This document shows, piece by piece, positions 24,801-37,288 of a stretch of DNA of 64,000 bases. Source of the stretch: Azolla caroliniana (taxonomy: Eukaryota > Plantae > Polypodiophyta); the NCBI GenBank assembly GCA_043228905.1, contig JBHGNT010000002.1, forward strand, positions 14,508,001-14,572,000. The letters run 5' to 3'. The stretch's first letter is position 1, and every line of letters begins with the position of its first letter. Below the pieces are notes generated by a model. The model ran no database searches. It was given only the letters and a program-made list of their open reading frames with translations, and had not been told where the DNA came from. A program made the position numbers and the translations under genes.

Positions 24801-27033
24801 CTCGCTCACACAAGGTCCTATTATACCTTTCTGCCACCCCATTTGATGAAGGGTTATATGGAGCTGTAAGCTCTCTTTTCATACCATGTAAGTCACAAAA
24901 GGACTTAAATTCTGCAAATGTAAACTCACCCCCATTATCTGTTCTAAGACATTTCAATTTTGTCCCTTTTTGGGTAGTCACAAATGCATGAAAAGATTCA
25001 AATGCATCACCATTTGTTTTCATCAAGTACACCCACATCTTCCTAGAATAATCATTGATAAAGGAAATAAAATATGCAACACCGCCCAAAAATTTTACAG
25101 GCATGCTACATACATCAAAATGCACCAAATCTAGCACATTTGATTTACGAGAGACACCAGAATAATAAGAATTTCTCACTTGTTTGCCAAATAGACAATC
25201 ATTACAAAAAACCAACTTTGATCCTTTAACGTCAAGTCTTTTTAGAGCAGAAAGGACTTCAAGTCCTTTTTGGCTCATATGTCCTAATCTCTTATGCCAA
25301 AGCTCTAAACGAGAATCAAATTCAGCAATAGCAAGAAACCTTCCAGGTAGAACTTTACATTGCAAACAATAAAGAGTGCCCTTTTTGCAACCTTTCACAA
25401 TAACTATAGATCCTTTCTTAAGTTTCCACAATCCACCACCGAATAATGTGGTGTAACCATGCAAATCCATCTGTCCTACAGATAGCAAACTTTTCTTAAT
25501 GCCAGGTACATACCTGACATCTTTGAGCACGAGCTCTTGACCATTATCCAAAGACAAGTGTATGGTGCCAATACCATCAATATTGCAAGCACTATTGTTA
25601 CTAAGATAAACTTTTCCATAACTGCATGCATCAAATGTGGTAAAGCACTCCAAACATGGAGTAATATGAAAAGAAGCCCTAGAGTCTACTATCCATGTCT
25701 GTGTCAATCCATCATCAATTGACAATAAAGCATCAATAACATCTGTTTTGGTGATTTGCATGTCTTGAACATGAGCTATGAAGGCATCACTTGTAATACA
25801 AAGTACATCATCTCTATTGTATTACATTTATCATCTTTATTTTTCTTCTCTCCTACATTCTTCTTCCTTTCTAGTTCCATCTTCCAATATCTACAATCAG
25901 GTTTCTTATAACCTTTACGGCCACACTGATAGCATGTGACATCTTGTTGCTTTCCTTTCCCTCTACTCTTACTTCTATTTCTTTGTCCTACATTTGGGTT
26001 CCTGTTATCATATCTCCCCCTAATATTGTATGTTGAACCACTACCTTCTCCGCTAGATTGTCTTCTAATCTCTTCATTGAGAATAGAGCCCCGCACACCA
26101 TCGAAGGTGAAGTTGGGGCTATTAGACAGTGAAACAACTAATGTTTCCCAAGTATCGGGTAAAGTCATAAGTAAGAAGATAGCTTTGAGCTTGTCATGAA
26201 AAGCTGGTAATCTTGAATCTTGTAGTTGGGATAGAGTACCTGTGAATAACGATAGATGCTTTGTTGCACCCTTCGACTCATCAAGCCTCATACTGACAAG
26301 TTTTCTCATCAAATGCACCTAATTCATAGGAGTAGTATTCTCGTAAGTTGTCTTAAGTTTCTCCCAGACTTGATGGGCAGTAATCAAGCCCTTTATATCT
26401 ACAAGAATCTCATCAGAAACAGCCATTTTAATATATGTAATGGCTTTCTTATTCAGAGTGGTCCAAGCATCATTTTCCATGCTCTCTGGTTTCTTTTCCA
26501 CGAGAGCATCTTCACAATCTCTCAAAAACAGGATGCCCTGCATACGCTCTTTCCACAATTCAAAACCTTTTCCATCAAATCTCTTGATTTCAAAGAGGTT
26601 TTTGAAGTGGATACCATTGCTCCCAAGATTTATGACAGATTTCTTCAGAAATTGAGCAGAATACCGATAGGAAAGGGTTTAACAGACTTGAAAGAAAAAC
26701 TGAAGTGTTTTCTGCTGATTCTGAATCTAAAAAAACAGCAAAGCAGAGGAAAGAGAGTTGGCTCTGATACCAGTTAAAGGTAAAAAGGGATGTTTGAGGG
26801 AGCAGCTATTGAGGGATGATGTTCAGCAAACAGAGAGTAGAGACACAGATTTTTGGGTGTACCCAACCGCCTTGATTGGTACACAAGAAAAAAAAAGGTT
26901 ATTATATTAGTTAACCCTACAATGAAAGAGGTGTGTTCACATTACAAAAGGAGGTGTCCTGTCCAGGTGAACAATGTGTTCACATATACGAATAATTACC
27001 TAATTTGTGAACTACGGGCCTTTACACCTAACA
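21836..27033 (-). mobile_element. Degenerate full-length copia L with TG...TA LTR termini
   Basis: LTRs 21836-22036 and 26775-27033. TSD AATGA at 21831-21835 and 27034-27038. PBS 26761-26772. PPT ~22037-22050. Gag, PR/IN, RT and RH ORF pieces between 22015 and 26558. Confidence 0.92.
24020..24475. mobile_element. Solo LTR inserted into the integrase of L
   Basis: TG...CA ends. TSD AAAAC at 24015-24019 and 24476-24480. Removing it rejoins the RRDVF and NEE parts of the integrase. Confidence 0.85.
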
Positions 27034-27044
27034 AATGATAGGCT

Positions 27045-27206
27045 GGTTAAAGTCCTATTTGACACAGGATCCACTCATAACTTAGTGAGACGATGGTTAA
27101 AGTCCTATTTGACACAGGATCCACTCATAACTTAGTGAGAGGATGGTTAAAGTCCTATTTGACACAGGATCTGCTCATGGCTTAGTGAGAGGATGGTTAA
27201 AGTCCT
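27045..27206 (+). repeat. Tandem repeat, 50-bp unit x ~3.2
   Basis: GGTTAAAGTCCTATTTGACACAGGATCCACTCATAACTTAGTGAGA.GAT starting at 27045, 27095, 27145 and (partial) 27195. Confidence 0.95.
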
Positions 27207-30200
27207 GAGAGTTCAAAGAAAGCCATCGCCCTATGTGTATATCCTCAAAATACCCAATGGTAAGGGATCAATTAGTTTTGACCATAACGTAGTTGGCTTA
27301 CAGCTCATTATCCAGGATTACAGGCAGAAATTTAATTTTGACATCAGGAGCTGTTGCGTGATGATGTACATTCAGGAGGATATGGCATGCATGCAAGAAG
27401 CCAATGATTGATTTTGTGACGCGTGTATATCAGTTTGATAATGAAGGCAAGCATGTAATTATCCATGGTGTAGACGATATGCTGCAAACCATGCTCACCA
27501 ATATAATAAGTAATCTCCTATAGATAGAATGTAAGTCAGCTTATTTATGCATCAAGTAGAGGTGCGGATAAGAGATCAGGTGATAATGTTGATCCTTATC
27601 ATAACCTTAGTTACATTCATCAAGACTATTTGTTCTATTTAGGCTAGTTCAGTAAACATAAGGCTGTACTCGATGCGCATAATTGAAGAAAACGGGATGG
27701 CAACTCAGACTTCTGTCATTAGGCCTAGTTATTCTCGTTTCCCTACGCTTGCATTTTGGTTGAGAACAAACACCGTACTTACTTCATATGTATTGACTAC
27801 TGTGCTCTTAATAAAACTACAAATCGAGCATTGCTATCCTCAGCTTCATATTGACAATTTACTTGGTGCAATTGATAGAGCTAAAATATTTAGTAAGATT
27901 GACTTGAAAGTTGGGAATCATCAATAACATATTTGCGAAGAAGATATACTAAAGACAGCTTTTCACACATGTTTTGGTCCTTACAAATATTTAGCGTTAA
28001 GATTACGACAATGTAATGCACCAGCTGCATCCATGATGATGATGAATGAAGTGCTTCATCCAATAAGGAGTAAATTTATTGTAGACTTTGTGGATGAGAA
28101 ACTAGTCTCCAGCAAAACCCTAGATGAACCTGTTAATCATTCAGTATAGTGTTTGGACTTTTAAAGGACTACATATTATTCGTTAATGATAAGAAAACTT
28201 TCCTGTATCAAGAGGTCGTTGAATACAGACTTATCATATCCACTGAGGGGTTAGGGGTGCGGATGGATCCTTCAAACTCAACTGGAACTGAAGGGTCACC
28301 AGGCATGATGGACAAAACTGATGCAAGAATTCCATATGGAAATTGAGTATCATTGATGGAAAGATAACTCAGATGCCAGTGCTTTATCTAGACTTATGTT
28401 CTAGATGTGCTTCACTATAGCCAAAGTGAGGCATCACATGCTTCCAGATAAGTGGTTTGAGGATCGGCACATGGAAGATACTGGTGAAAGTTATTCTTCT
28501 GTTAGACCACCACTCTCAGTAGTTCTCTGTCGATCAAGGGTTGCTCAAGAGAAAATAAAAGACATGTGCTCTACAAGTTCTTAGTATCAGGAACTAGGTT
28601 ATGAGCGATTGCCATCATAATCCATATGCTAGACAACCTTTCATTGAGCACTACTATTGGTAGCTGCATATGGACAAGGATGTGTAAGATTCTGTCTTGA
28701 TGCATTCCTTGTTAGACCCCCAAGTATGAGAGAAACTGTATCTTGGATTGTTGCAACCTTTGCCTATTCCAGATAGGAAATGAAAAAGTGCATCCATGGA
28801 TTTTGTTGTGGGTTTGTTTTGTAATCAATGTCAACACAACCCCGTGTTAATTTCAATTCACATGTTCATTGAAATGGCACGCTTTATTCCCTCTATGAAG
28901 AAAACAATTGTTACGTACGTAGCCGATCTATTCATTAAACATGTAAATTTGAGTTCATAGTTTGCCCGAAACTATTCTCTAAAAACAAAATACTCATTTC
29001 ATAGGACAAATGTAAGCTAGCTTCTTTGAAAATGTAAACACGAAATTGAAGTTTAGTAGCTGAGAGCATCCTAAGATCGATGGTCTGCCACACAGGAAAA
29101 TGGGTTAACCAAGTGTTAGGAGATATGTTGGCAGCATATGTGTTTGCATCAGAAAAATTGGAAAGGTTTTTAGTTGCTTGTGTTTGCATATTACTCACTG
29201 AAGCATTCAACAAGTCAGTTGTACCCATTCAAGCTCAATTATGGGGTTCTACTAGCTTGTCCATATTCAAAAGATTGCTAAGTGTTGTGGGACCATTTCG
29301 AGATGGCCCTGGGCCTAGGCATTGTTACACAACAACTAAGGTTGCCTGGGCAAGGGGTGAACATGCATAGCCATTGTGCAAAAGGGTTAATATAAAAAGA
29401 CATGTCCTAAGGTTGAGGGGAAGTCTAAGGACACACCGTCACTTCTTTCTTTCTTTTGTTTCTTTTTCATTTTCTTCTTCATCACATGCCTCTACTATTC
29501 TTTTAGAGAAAGACAGAGCACAACTAGATTATCTGGAAAGCTGAGGCTCAACAGTTAGTATGAAGTCCTCCCATGCCCCATACCATCATAGATATATGAT
29601 CAAATCTTGGAACCTTTCCATGAATAGTGTTGCAGGAGAAAGAACATGTATGCGTAGCTTTTCTACATCCTATGAGAGACTTTAGACATCCCCCACCAAT
29701 TATCATTTATGATCTTGCTGTGCACAATTCTAAAATTAAAGCATTATGATGTAGTGGTAAAGGTTGTGAGTGGTAATACTCAGGAAGTTGACTTTCAAGT
29801 CTGAGGCAATGAGTTTGATGATGTAATCATAATAGCGTTTGAGATCATGCACACTAACTGCTTGATCCTAAGAATGTGTCTTTACAAACATACAGGTCAA
29901 CGTTTCTTCCAGTATTTGTTGAGAAGGAGGAGATAACTCGATATGCTGCTAGCCCTGTTTATATCAATGTAACCCTAGGTCAACATCTAGACATGACATT
30001 TGGACTACCTTGACCAATGAAATGGTCATTCACCTATCAAAATGATCATATAAATCCGTGGACTAATTGACTTCTTAAAATGATCTAACCTGGAGTCACA
30101 CATATACACCACTATGGCTCAACATAAGTAGACTCTCATGACTGTCCAAATGGTCATACAACTAGTAAATGAACATGTATATGGCCCAATTGACTCCTTA

Positions 30201-30288
30201 ATCATATATTTATGTGTATGATCATTACAAAGCACCAAAAATTATGATCAGCCAGACCTAAAACAATCATGTTAGGTTTAGATCTAAC

Positions 30289-30813
30289 CTGGAGTCGTGC
30301 ATATGCCTCTGTGGGGCTCATCCTGAGCTCAACAATGAGACGATCAAGCTTGTTTAAAACAAGACAAGGAACGACTTTCTCGATCCACACCTGCCTCAAC
30401 ACTGCATGCGTTTGGATATGGATCCCTTCACAAACATCAACAAGCACAAGAGCCCCATCACTTAACCTTGCTGCTGTCGATACTTCACTACAGAAATCGA
30501 CATGGCCAGGTGAATCGATCAGGTTGATTGTATATCGATCATGGAATGTTAGAGCTATCGAGGAGCTCTTCATGGTGATGGCTCGGAGTTGTTCATCGTC
30601 TCTGTAATCAAGGTACCTTAATCTACCTGCTTGCTTAGGATGAAGGACTCCTCCTCCTCCCGACGCTATCAAGTGATCAGCTAAGGTTGTTTTGCCGTGG
30701 TCCACATGAGCTACAATGCATATGTTGCGAATACAAGTGGTTTCTCTGTCAATGGACTTAACAGCCTCTTCCTCTGAAGCGACGGGACTTCCTTCCGAGT
30801 TCGCCATCGCCAT
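30289..30813 (-). CDS. EFL1: Elongation factor-like GTPase 1, exon 1
   Basis: ATG at 30813. G1 [28 protein letters not shown]. Donor CAG|GTTAGA at 30289/30288, phase 0. Splicing gives EAYARLQ-SILVEVNNI, collinear with the EFL1/EF2 family (~1064 aa). Confidence 0.95.
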
Positions 30814-31605
30814 TGACAATTAACACACACTCTCAAAATCACAAGTTCCGAGACTTTGCTTCTAACTCTTACTCTTTAAGGGAGGGATTGATTTCTTCTT
30901 GTTATTGTTCTTGAGTAACCCACTTCCCAAGCTGGCCGCCCCATCCACGAAGAACCAATCCCTCGCGGCCTGGCCTGCCTTGTTTCCCCAACAAACATAC
31001 ATACATATTAAACTTGGCACCATGACCTCCTAAATGTCCCAAAACACATGACGCATGGCATGTTGGTGTGTGTGACCATGTCAGTGAACTTGCACCACAG
31101 TTATTAATATCCCATGCCTTCCTTCCTTGCACACATTGTCTACCTTTGAATGATAGAAATGGGTATCCTTACTCACAAAGGCGTTGATCAAGAATTGAAA
31201 ACCTTGCACATGAAATGATGATTGAGGTAATGGAGCATCAAAGGCATTGTCAGCTTCTTCATTGGCCCCAATCATAACAATCATGTCAAACAGTTATGTT
31301 AAAACTTTATAGTTAGTCTTAAGGTGCATCGCCAACTATAAAAGAGTAAATGGTTGCAATCAAGAAGATTCTCCCTTGTCAAAATGGTGTAAATTACGAT
31401 GGCATCCCAAAAAAATTCACGAACAAAATATTTTTTGTTGTGTTATGAAACACCATTACTAATTTGTGGTGTTGCAATGTGCCCTTTCTGAAGTTTGAGA
31501 GTGGAAAAAATTAAGGGAATATGATAAGTCTAAGTTTTTTATTTTAAGATATGGCAAGCATATATTTATGTGTAAAGAATCAGATATAATTCTGTGCGGT
31601 GGAAG

Positions 31606-31606
<1 letters not shown>

Positions 31607-31677
<71 letters not shown>
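31607..31677 (+). repeat. (TG)n(AG)n compound microsatellite
   Basis: Seen directly. Confidence 0.97.
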
Positions 31678-31678
<1 letters not shown>

Positions 31679-34466
31679 GGATAGATAGATTATATTATCA
31701 TCTTCGGAGGTCAAATATGACCTATGAGACCAAAAATATTACATTTCACGTGATACATGTAAAAGTGAGTAGTGACTCTTGTTCAAGAACTTGACCAATG
31801 AATGTTGCAATCGAGAGTGCACATTGTGGTTGTGAGAGGAATTCATGCAAGGATTGGGCTCGGTCGAAGAGATGTGGAAAGCATGGTCGAATATTATCAA
31901 AGGCATAGCATTGTATCAAAGTGTGATACTCAGACTCGCAAACTTGTTTAGGGCAAAGTGTGCATAGCCGACCACTCTCATCACTTGTGCCCCAACGCCC
32001 TGTCTCACATCGCAATGCATGTGAGCTAAGTCGCATGGAAGCAATGGTATCGATGTGTACGGTTTCCCTGTTCCACAAAGAATATGGTTTTTGTAGTTAG
32101 GTGCAACATGTGTAGTATAATGTGTGAAGCGTGAGCCTCCACATTTGTCCCATGTCATGATACATTGACGTTGCAAAAAGGCCTCATTTACAGAGGAATC
32201 TAGTGAGGCATCATGAAGCAAGTGTCTCGCATCCCATCTACCAAACCATTTTTCTATATCTTGCATGCAACCGGAACACAAAATTTTGGATCTTTTTGCT
32301 TGCTTCCCATGCAATTCTAGGAAGTCGATCTGAGGGATTTTTTTGAACCTTAAGCATGTATTCAACAACCCTTTCCATGGCCATGATCTCAATGAGAAGT
32401 GATCTCGTCTCAAGGAGGAGGAGGGTGTAGGTGTTTGTTTGTAGAAACGTTGTAAGAAAAATGCTTTTGGACATTTTCAAACTATTTCCACATAGATTAA
32501 GGGATGCTACCGCCCCATACTTCCACCCCATAGAGAAGAACCAGTGTCACCAAAGTGTCGAAAAGATATTTCTTGAGGACCCAACACTTAATATCTCCAA
32601 GATTGCATGTGCTCTCAAATGCATAGTATGCTCGCTTACCCGCCTCTAAGCGGCATGTAGCACATTCATTCCATATATGATTTGAAGGAACTTCAAGGCC
32701 AAGATATTTGAAGCTTTCCACACATTCAAGTGGCTCATTGTTATACATAATGCATTGTTTATCTCTTTTTTGGCTCTTCATGAGCATAATCTTTGTTTTA
32801 GAGCTATTGACACTTAATTTAGTATGCATGCAAAACAAAATCTAATGACTTCATAAGCTTTTGTGCATCTCCTAATGTATTTGCAAAATGCACTACATCA
32901 TCTGCACATAGCAAAAGCATAATCACAACATTCCCAATGCAACTTCTTCAACACATTATTCCTTTGCAAACTTGGTAACCATTTCTTCCAATTCATCAAT
33001 GCATAGACCAAATAGTGTTGGTGAGAGTGGGCATCCTTGCTTAACACCAATAGTGCTTTTGAAAAAATCTGAAAGTTTATCTCTCATACACACACAACAT
33101 ATAACCTTGTCATAAATTCGGGAAATTGCAAGCATATATTCATTTTGCACCTCAAGTTCTTCCATTCGCCTCCAAAGATGCTCACGAGGTACCATATCAA
33201 AAGTTTTCTTGAAGTCTACAAAGCAACAATATAAACCTTTACCTCTAAGGTGACTTTCCTCCATTAATACTCGAAGGGTGACAAGGTGATCAATGGTGCT
33301 ATGGTATTTTTGAAAGGCAGCTTGTCCATAAGCTCTCTTACCATTTTTTTCAACCCATACATTATACATCCAAATAGTTTTGCCATTAATGAGCCAACCA
33401 TGATAGTTCGATAGTTGTTTACATTATTTACATCTCCACCTTTATGTAAAGGTTTGATCCAATTTGTAGTCCAATTGTACGACATACCATGTTGCAATGC
33501 ATCATGAAACATATCGTTTGTCCATACATGTGCTTCCTTTCCCGTCCATTTGAGCATTTCAGCCTTTATACATTGAAGATCGCTTGCCTTTTGAGAGGCC
33601 AATTTCTTAAGTCCTATGCATATATCTTCAATTGTAAAGAAGGGAGACATATGTGAAAGAGAACCATAACACATCATCTTTCCGACAAGAGATAATTCAT
33701 ATAAATTCTTACAATGCATAGACAAGTCGTGAAGGGTTAAGTCACCATAACTATCAACACATTTCCCCTTTAGATTTCCCCAAAATTTACCACATGCATG
33801 TCCTTTCTCTTGTGTTTGGATAAATTGTAGAGTAACTTCCCATATTCTTCTCTTTCTTTGAATAATCCTTTTATACTCATGCAAATGCTTTTGGTAATTC
33901 TCTTTATCCTTAACTACATCCAAAACCATAAGGCACTTTCGAGCTTCACGACACTCTTTATCAAACCCTCTTTTCCTAAGTTTCTTGCTGCATTTCCAAG
34001 ATGTGCTGTTGGTCGAAAAACATTTGTTTGTATAGGAGAGAATTACTTTCTTGAAAGCTTCCCATTTGCATTCTAATGTAGCACCATGTTGTATCTTTGT
34101 CATTTGTAACATATCCTCAACCATCTTGGAATACATGGGCACTTGCTTAAGGTTCATGCTCAAGTGTGGTTGTTTATTATCTTCCATAGCCTTCTCACAA
34201 TCAAACCTATGCATACATTTGAGATAAATACATAAAGTCCTATGATCGGATTCCGGTGTCCATTCACCAAGTGAGAATTTATGTATACGATCCAAAATAC
34301 CTTCGGAAAGTAGCACATAGTGAATCACACTATTTCCATTGTGTTTTCTACATGTAAAACCATTCGTGTTGGGCCATAAGGAAATACCATTTGCAATAAG
34401 CAATCTGGTACTATTGCACATTTGTAAGAGTAACTTCCCAAATTGGTCTAGAACTTTTTCATCGCT

Positions 34467-34470
<4 letters not shown>
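31678..34470 (-). mobile_element. 5'-truncated degenerate non-LTR retrotransposon (RTEX-like LINE)
   Basis: APE end (NGNSVIHYVLLS...SDHR); RT (NNYRTI, CFVDFKKTFD, GVKQGCPLSPTLFGL, L.ADD, FKYLG); C-terminal RLSSHALRCETGRW..C..C...E..H....C; (TCTA)n tail at 31676-31690. Confidence 0.88.

Positions 34471-34528
<58 letters not shown>
34471..34528 (+). repeat. (GA)29 microsatellite
   Basis: Seen directly; abuts the LINE 5' truncation point. Confidence 0.97.
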
Positions 34529-34530
<2 letters not shown>

Positions 34531-37288
34531 ATAGTGTATACAAAAAACTATATTAACAATAACAAGAATGAACCAACAAGTTACAAGGAGAAGGCGAAGG
34601 TGCCTATGTAGTCACCTTCTCTCTATGTTCTCTCACTACAACCACCACTTGGAAAAGAGGTGGAGCCTTAACTACCTACTGAATATGTGTCATAGGACTT
34701 AACATCTATGAAACTTAGTTTATAATACAAGGAAGTGGGGTGTTCACACACTTGGGTATCCCTAAGGTGTGTTCCCACACTAGGAAAATTGAGTTTGACT
34801 CTCAACAAACCCCTTCAAATGCAACTTTCGGTCGCCGAATAGTTGGTTCAAACTGGTCTTTAGGGTCGGCTTCGAATTGACTCCGGCTTCGGATTCGGAT
34901 GGCGGGGTCACTCCCATGATCGTTCTGCTCTTATCCATACTCCCCTGCAAGCTCGGTTGGTCGGTAGTCGAGAGACCTAGGTCTATCGTGAACTGCCACA
35001 ACTTGTTGACCCCTAGGGCCTTTGTGAAGATGTCAGTCGTCTGCAGGTTCGTGCTGTTATGTTGTAGGTCGGCATCTCCGGCAAGGAAACACTCTCGAAT
35101 AAAGTGATAATGCAACTCAATGTGCTTAGTCCGAGCGTGGAATACTAGATTGTGGGCAAGGTGGTTGTTGCTAATGTTGTCGTAGTAGAAGAGAATTAGG
35201 CCCTTGACAGGAATGCCCAGATCCTTCAAATTTCTTTTGAGCCAAATGGTTTCACATGCGGTGACATCCGCGGTCAGTTGCTTCTTATGCATGGGTTGGA
35301 GTCTGATCGACGGTATCCAAACTGCCTGATGTGGGAGTCAAACTTCTGATACCACATCCTCGACGCTTGTTTCAAGCCATAAAGAATTTTTTTCAGTCGA
35401 CATACGAGGTGGTTGTCCTCCCCCGTCGTCGTGAAGCCTGCCGGTTGAGATATGTAAATGTCTTCTTCCAAATCTCTGTGTAGGAATGCGATCTTTACGT
35501 CCATCTGCTCAAGTTCTAGATCTTCTATCGCCACAACTCCTAGTAAGAGTTGGAGGGCGGTCATCTTGACTACTGGTGAGAATATCTTGTTGTAGTCAAC
35601 ACCTTGTTCTTGTTTGAACCCTTTTGCAACAAGCCGAGCTTTGTACCTCCTCTGACTCAAAGACATATTTGTAGCAGAAAACCCATTTATAGGGTAGTGG
35701 CTTTCTCCTAGCTAGTAGTTCGACTGGCTCCCATGTCTAATTCTTATGAATTGAGACCATTTCGGATTTCTTGGCTTGTAGCCATGTGTTGGCGTCTAGT
35801 GTGGCCATAACTTCTTCATATGTGCTGGGTTCGCCTGCATCGGTGTAATGTGTTGAGAATTGATTCGTAAAACCACAAGATCAAACAATGCTAAAAATAC
35901 ACTACACAGGCACACGACGACACAGTACACAGATATTTACGTGGAAACCCTAAAAATAGGAGAAAACCATGATGTCGCGGTATTCCGCGTGCCCGTGTCG
36001 GATTAGGCGGGACCACCGAGGTCACGGACTAGGAAGAGATGGATGCTGGGAGACCGACCCTCTCCGGTCCCTGCTACACCGGCTATGGCGCAAACTGGAA
36101 TGATTCCGGACGTGTACCAGAGGTTATCGAACACGACACAAGGAGAGAGAGAGAGAATACGTGCAACACCGACTCAACGCACGCTACCTATGTACAGAAA
36201 AGGAAAGAAGAAACTCCGAAGACGCAGACACAGACACGGATGCACAAAACTTCATTATATATGTACAAGACTAAGATACAACTCCGACATTGAGCCGAAC
36301 CAAGGTAGGTTAGGTTACAATAGTAGTCTGCTGCCAAGCCGCCGATCGGGGAGCTCTCGGGCTTGTCGCGCCGAGCGGGGTCTTGCATAGGAGACCGAGC
36401 AAAAGCAAACCCCGTAGGACATAGGAGCTCTTCATTGGACTAAACCCTAAACAGACACGAAGAAGAAGACCTCAAGAAACTCTAAAGTAAGAAGAAGAAG
36501 AACTAACACACCTTCGACCTAAGTGGTATACTCTCCTAACTCAAAATGGGCAACCCCTTTACAAGGGACCCTCCCTTCCTTTTATAGCCCAAGGAGGGAG
36601 GGACGTTACAATGTGGGATAATTCCTCCCCTTTATTCTATACACCATTTTCCTACTATACATGTGCACATGTTGCACACTGCCGACTTGCCCATTCCATC
36701 TCGGTTTCACACCGTAGCCGGGTATCTTCACGACATCCACCCCCACGAAATCGCACATCAACCGGTATGTGCCATGGAAGGAAAAGGTGAGAGATTTCGG
36801 CGACGATGATTAACCGGGTTCTCCATTGTCCCGACACTTGACCGCCTTGCCGGCTCCTACCGACCCCAATACGTCGGCTCCATTCGATCTGCTATATCCG
36901 ACGCTCACACCTTCTTCCCCGATCGGTCCTCCCGAACACCGTTGCCGACCCGGTCTCTCCTCCTTTGTTTGCTGTGTGTGCATTCCAATTAGGCCCCCAG
37001 TCACTCCGGTTGTACACCGGATTCCGTGCCTCGCGTGTCGCGTGTGTCGATGTTGTCCTCCGAATACGTGCTCGTTCTTCGGTCCTTAGGTGACCCCATT
37101 ATGCGCTCCTTGCTTCTCCCTTGCTCCCCGTGCTCTCTCGTGGTAGAGCGTATCGTCATCTCGACCTTCGTGTCGAGGTCCTTCGCGGCTCTCGTTACCA
37201 CTTCATCCCAACTTGCGTCCTCTTGGCCCGCTTGGCCTCGCATGTCCTCCAGGATGCCGCATTTTCTTTTCCCGGTGCGTAGCCCTTT

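Larger units (their letters stand above)
17874..29553 (+). mobile_element. Ancient degenerate chromovirus-like gypsy M, antisense in the EFL1 intron
   Basis: Putative 5' LTR 17874-18082 (TGTCATG...CATGACA) followed by a degenerate iMet PBS TTGTATCATAG. Diverged direct repeat at ~29283-29553. Relics: protease LFDTGSTHNL (27045), RT KIFSKIDLKVG (~27890), integrase GLLQPLPIPD...SMDFVVGL (~28745). No TSD found. Confidence 0.6.
17672..30288 (-). other. 12,617-bp GT-AG intron of EFL1, filled with retrotransposons
   Basis: GT...AG ends join two in-frame exons; contains M, L, a solo LTR and other fragments. Confidence 0.88.
31571..35850 (-). mobile_element. Old copia K, 3' part; its LTR (31571-31677 + 34471-34807) is split by a LINE, and F interrupts it at 35850
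   Basis: RT/RH fragments 35274-35850 and 34780-35292. PPT 34808-34818 next to LTR end CTCAACA. The left terminus TGTAAAGAAT...TGTGCGG resembles the terminus of I's LTR (this boundary is less certain). Confidence 0.65.

Noticed and set aside
27045-27206. CRISPR-like array
   Set aside because: Contiguous 50-bp units with no unique spacers and no cas genes, in a eukaryotic TE context.
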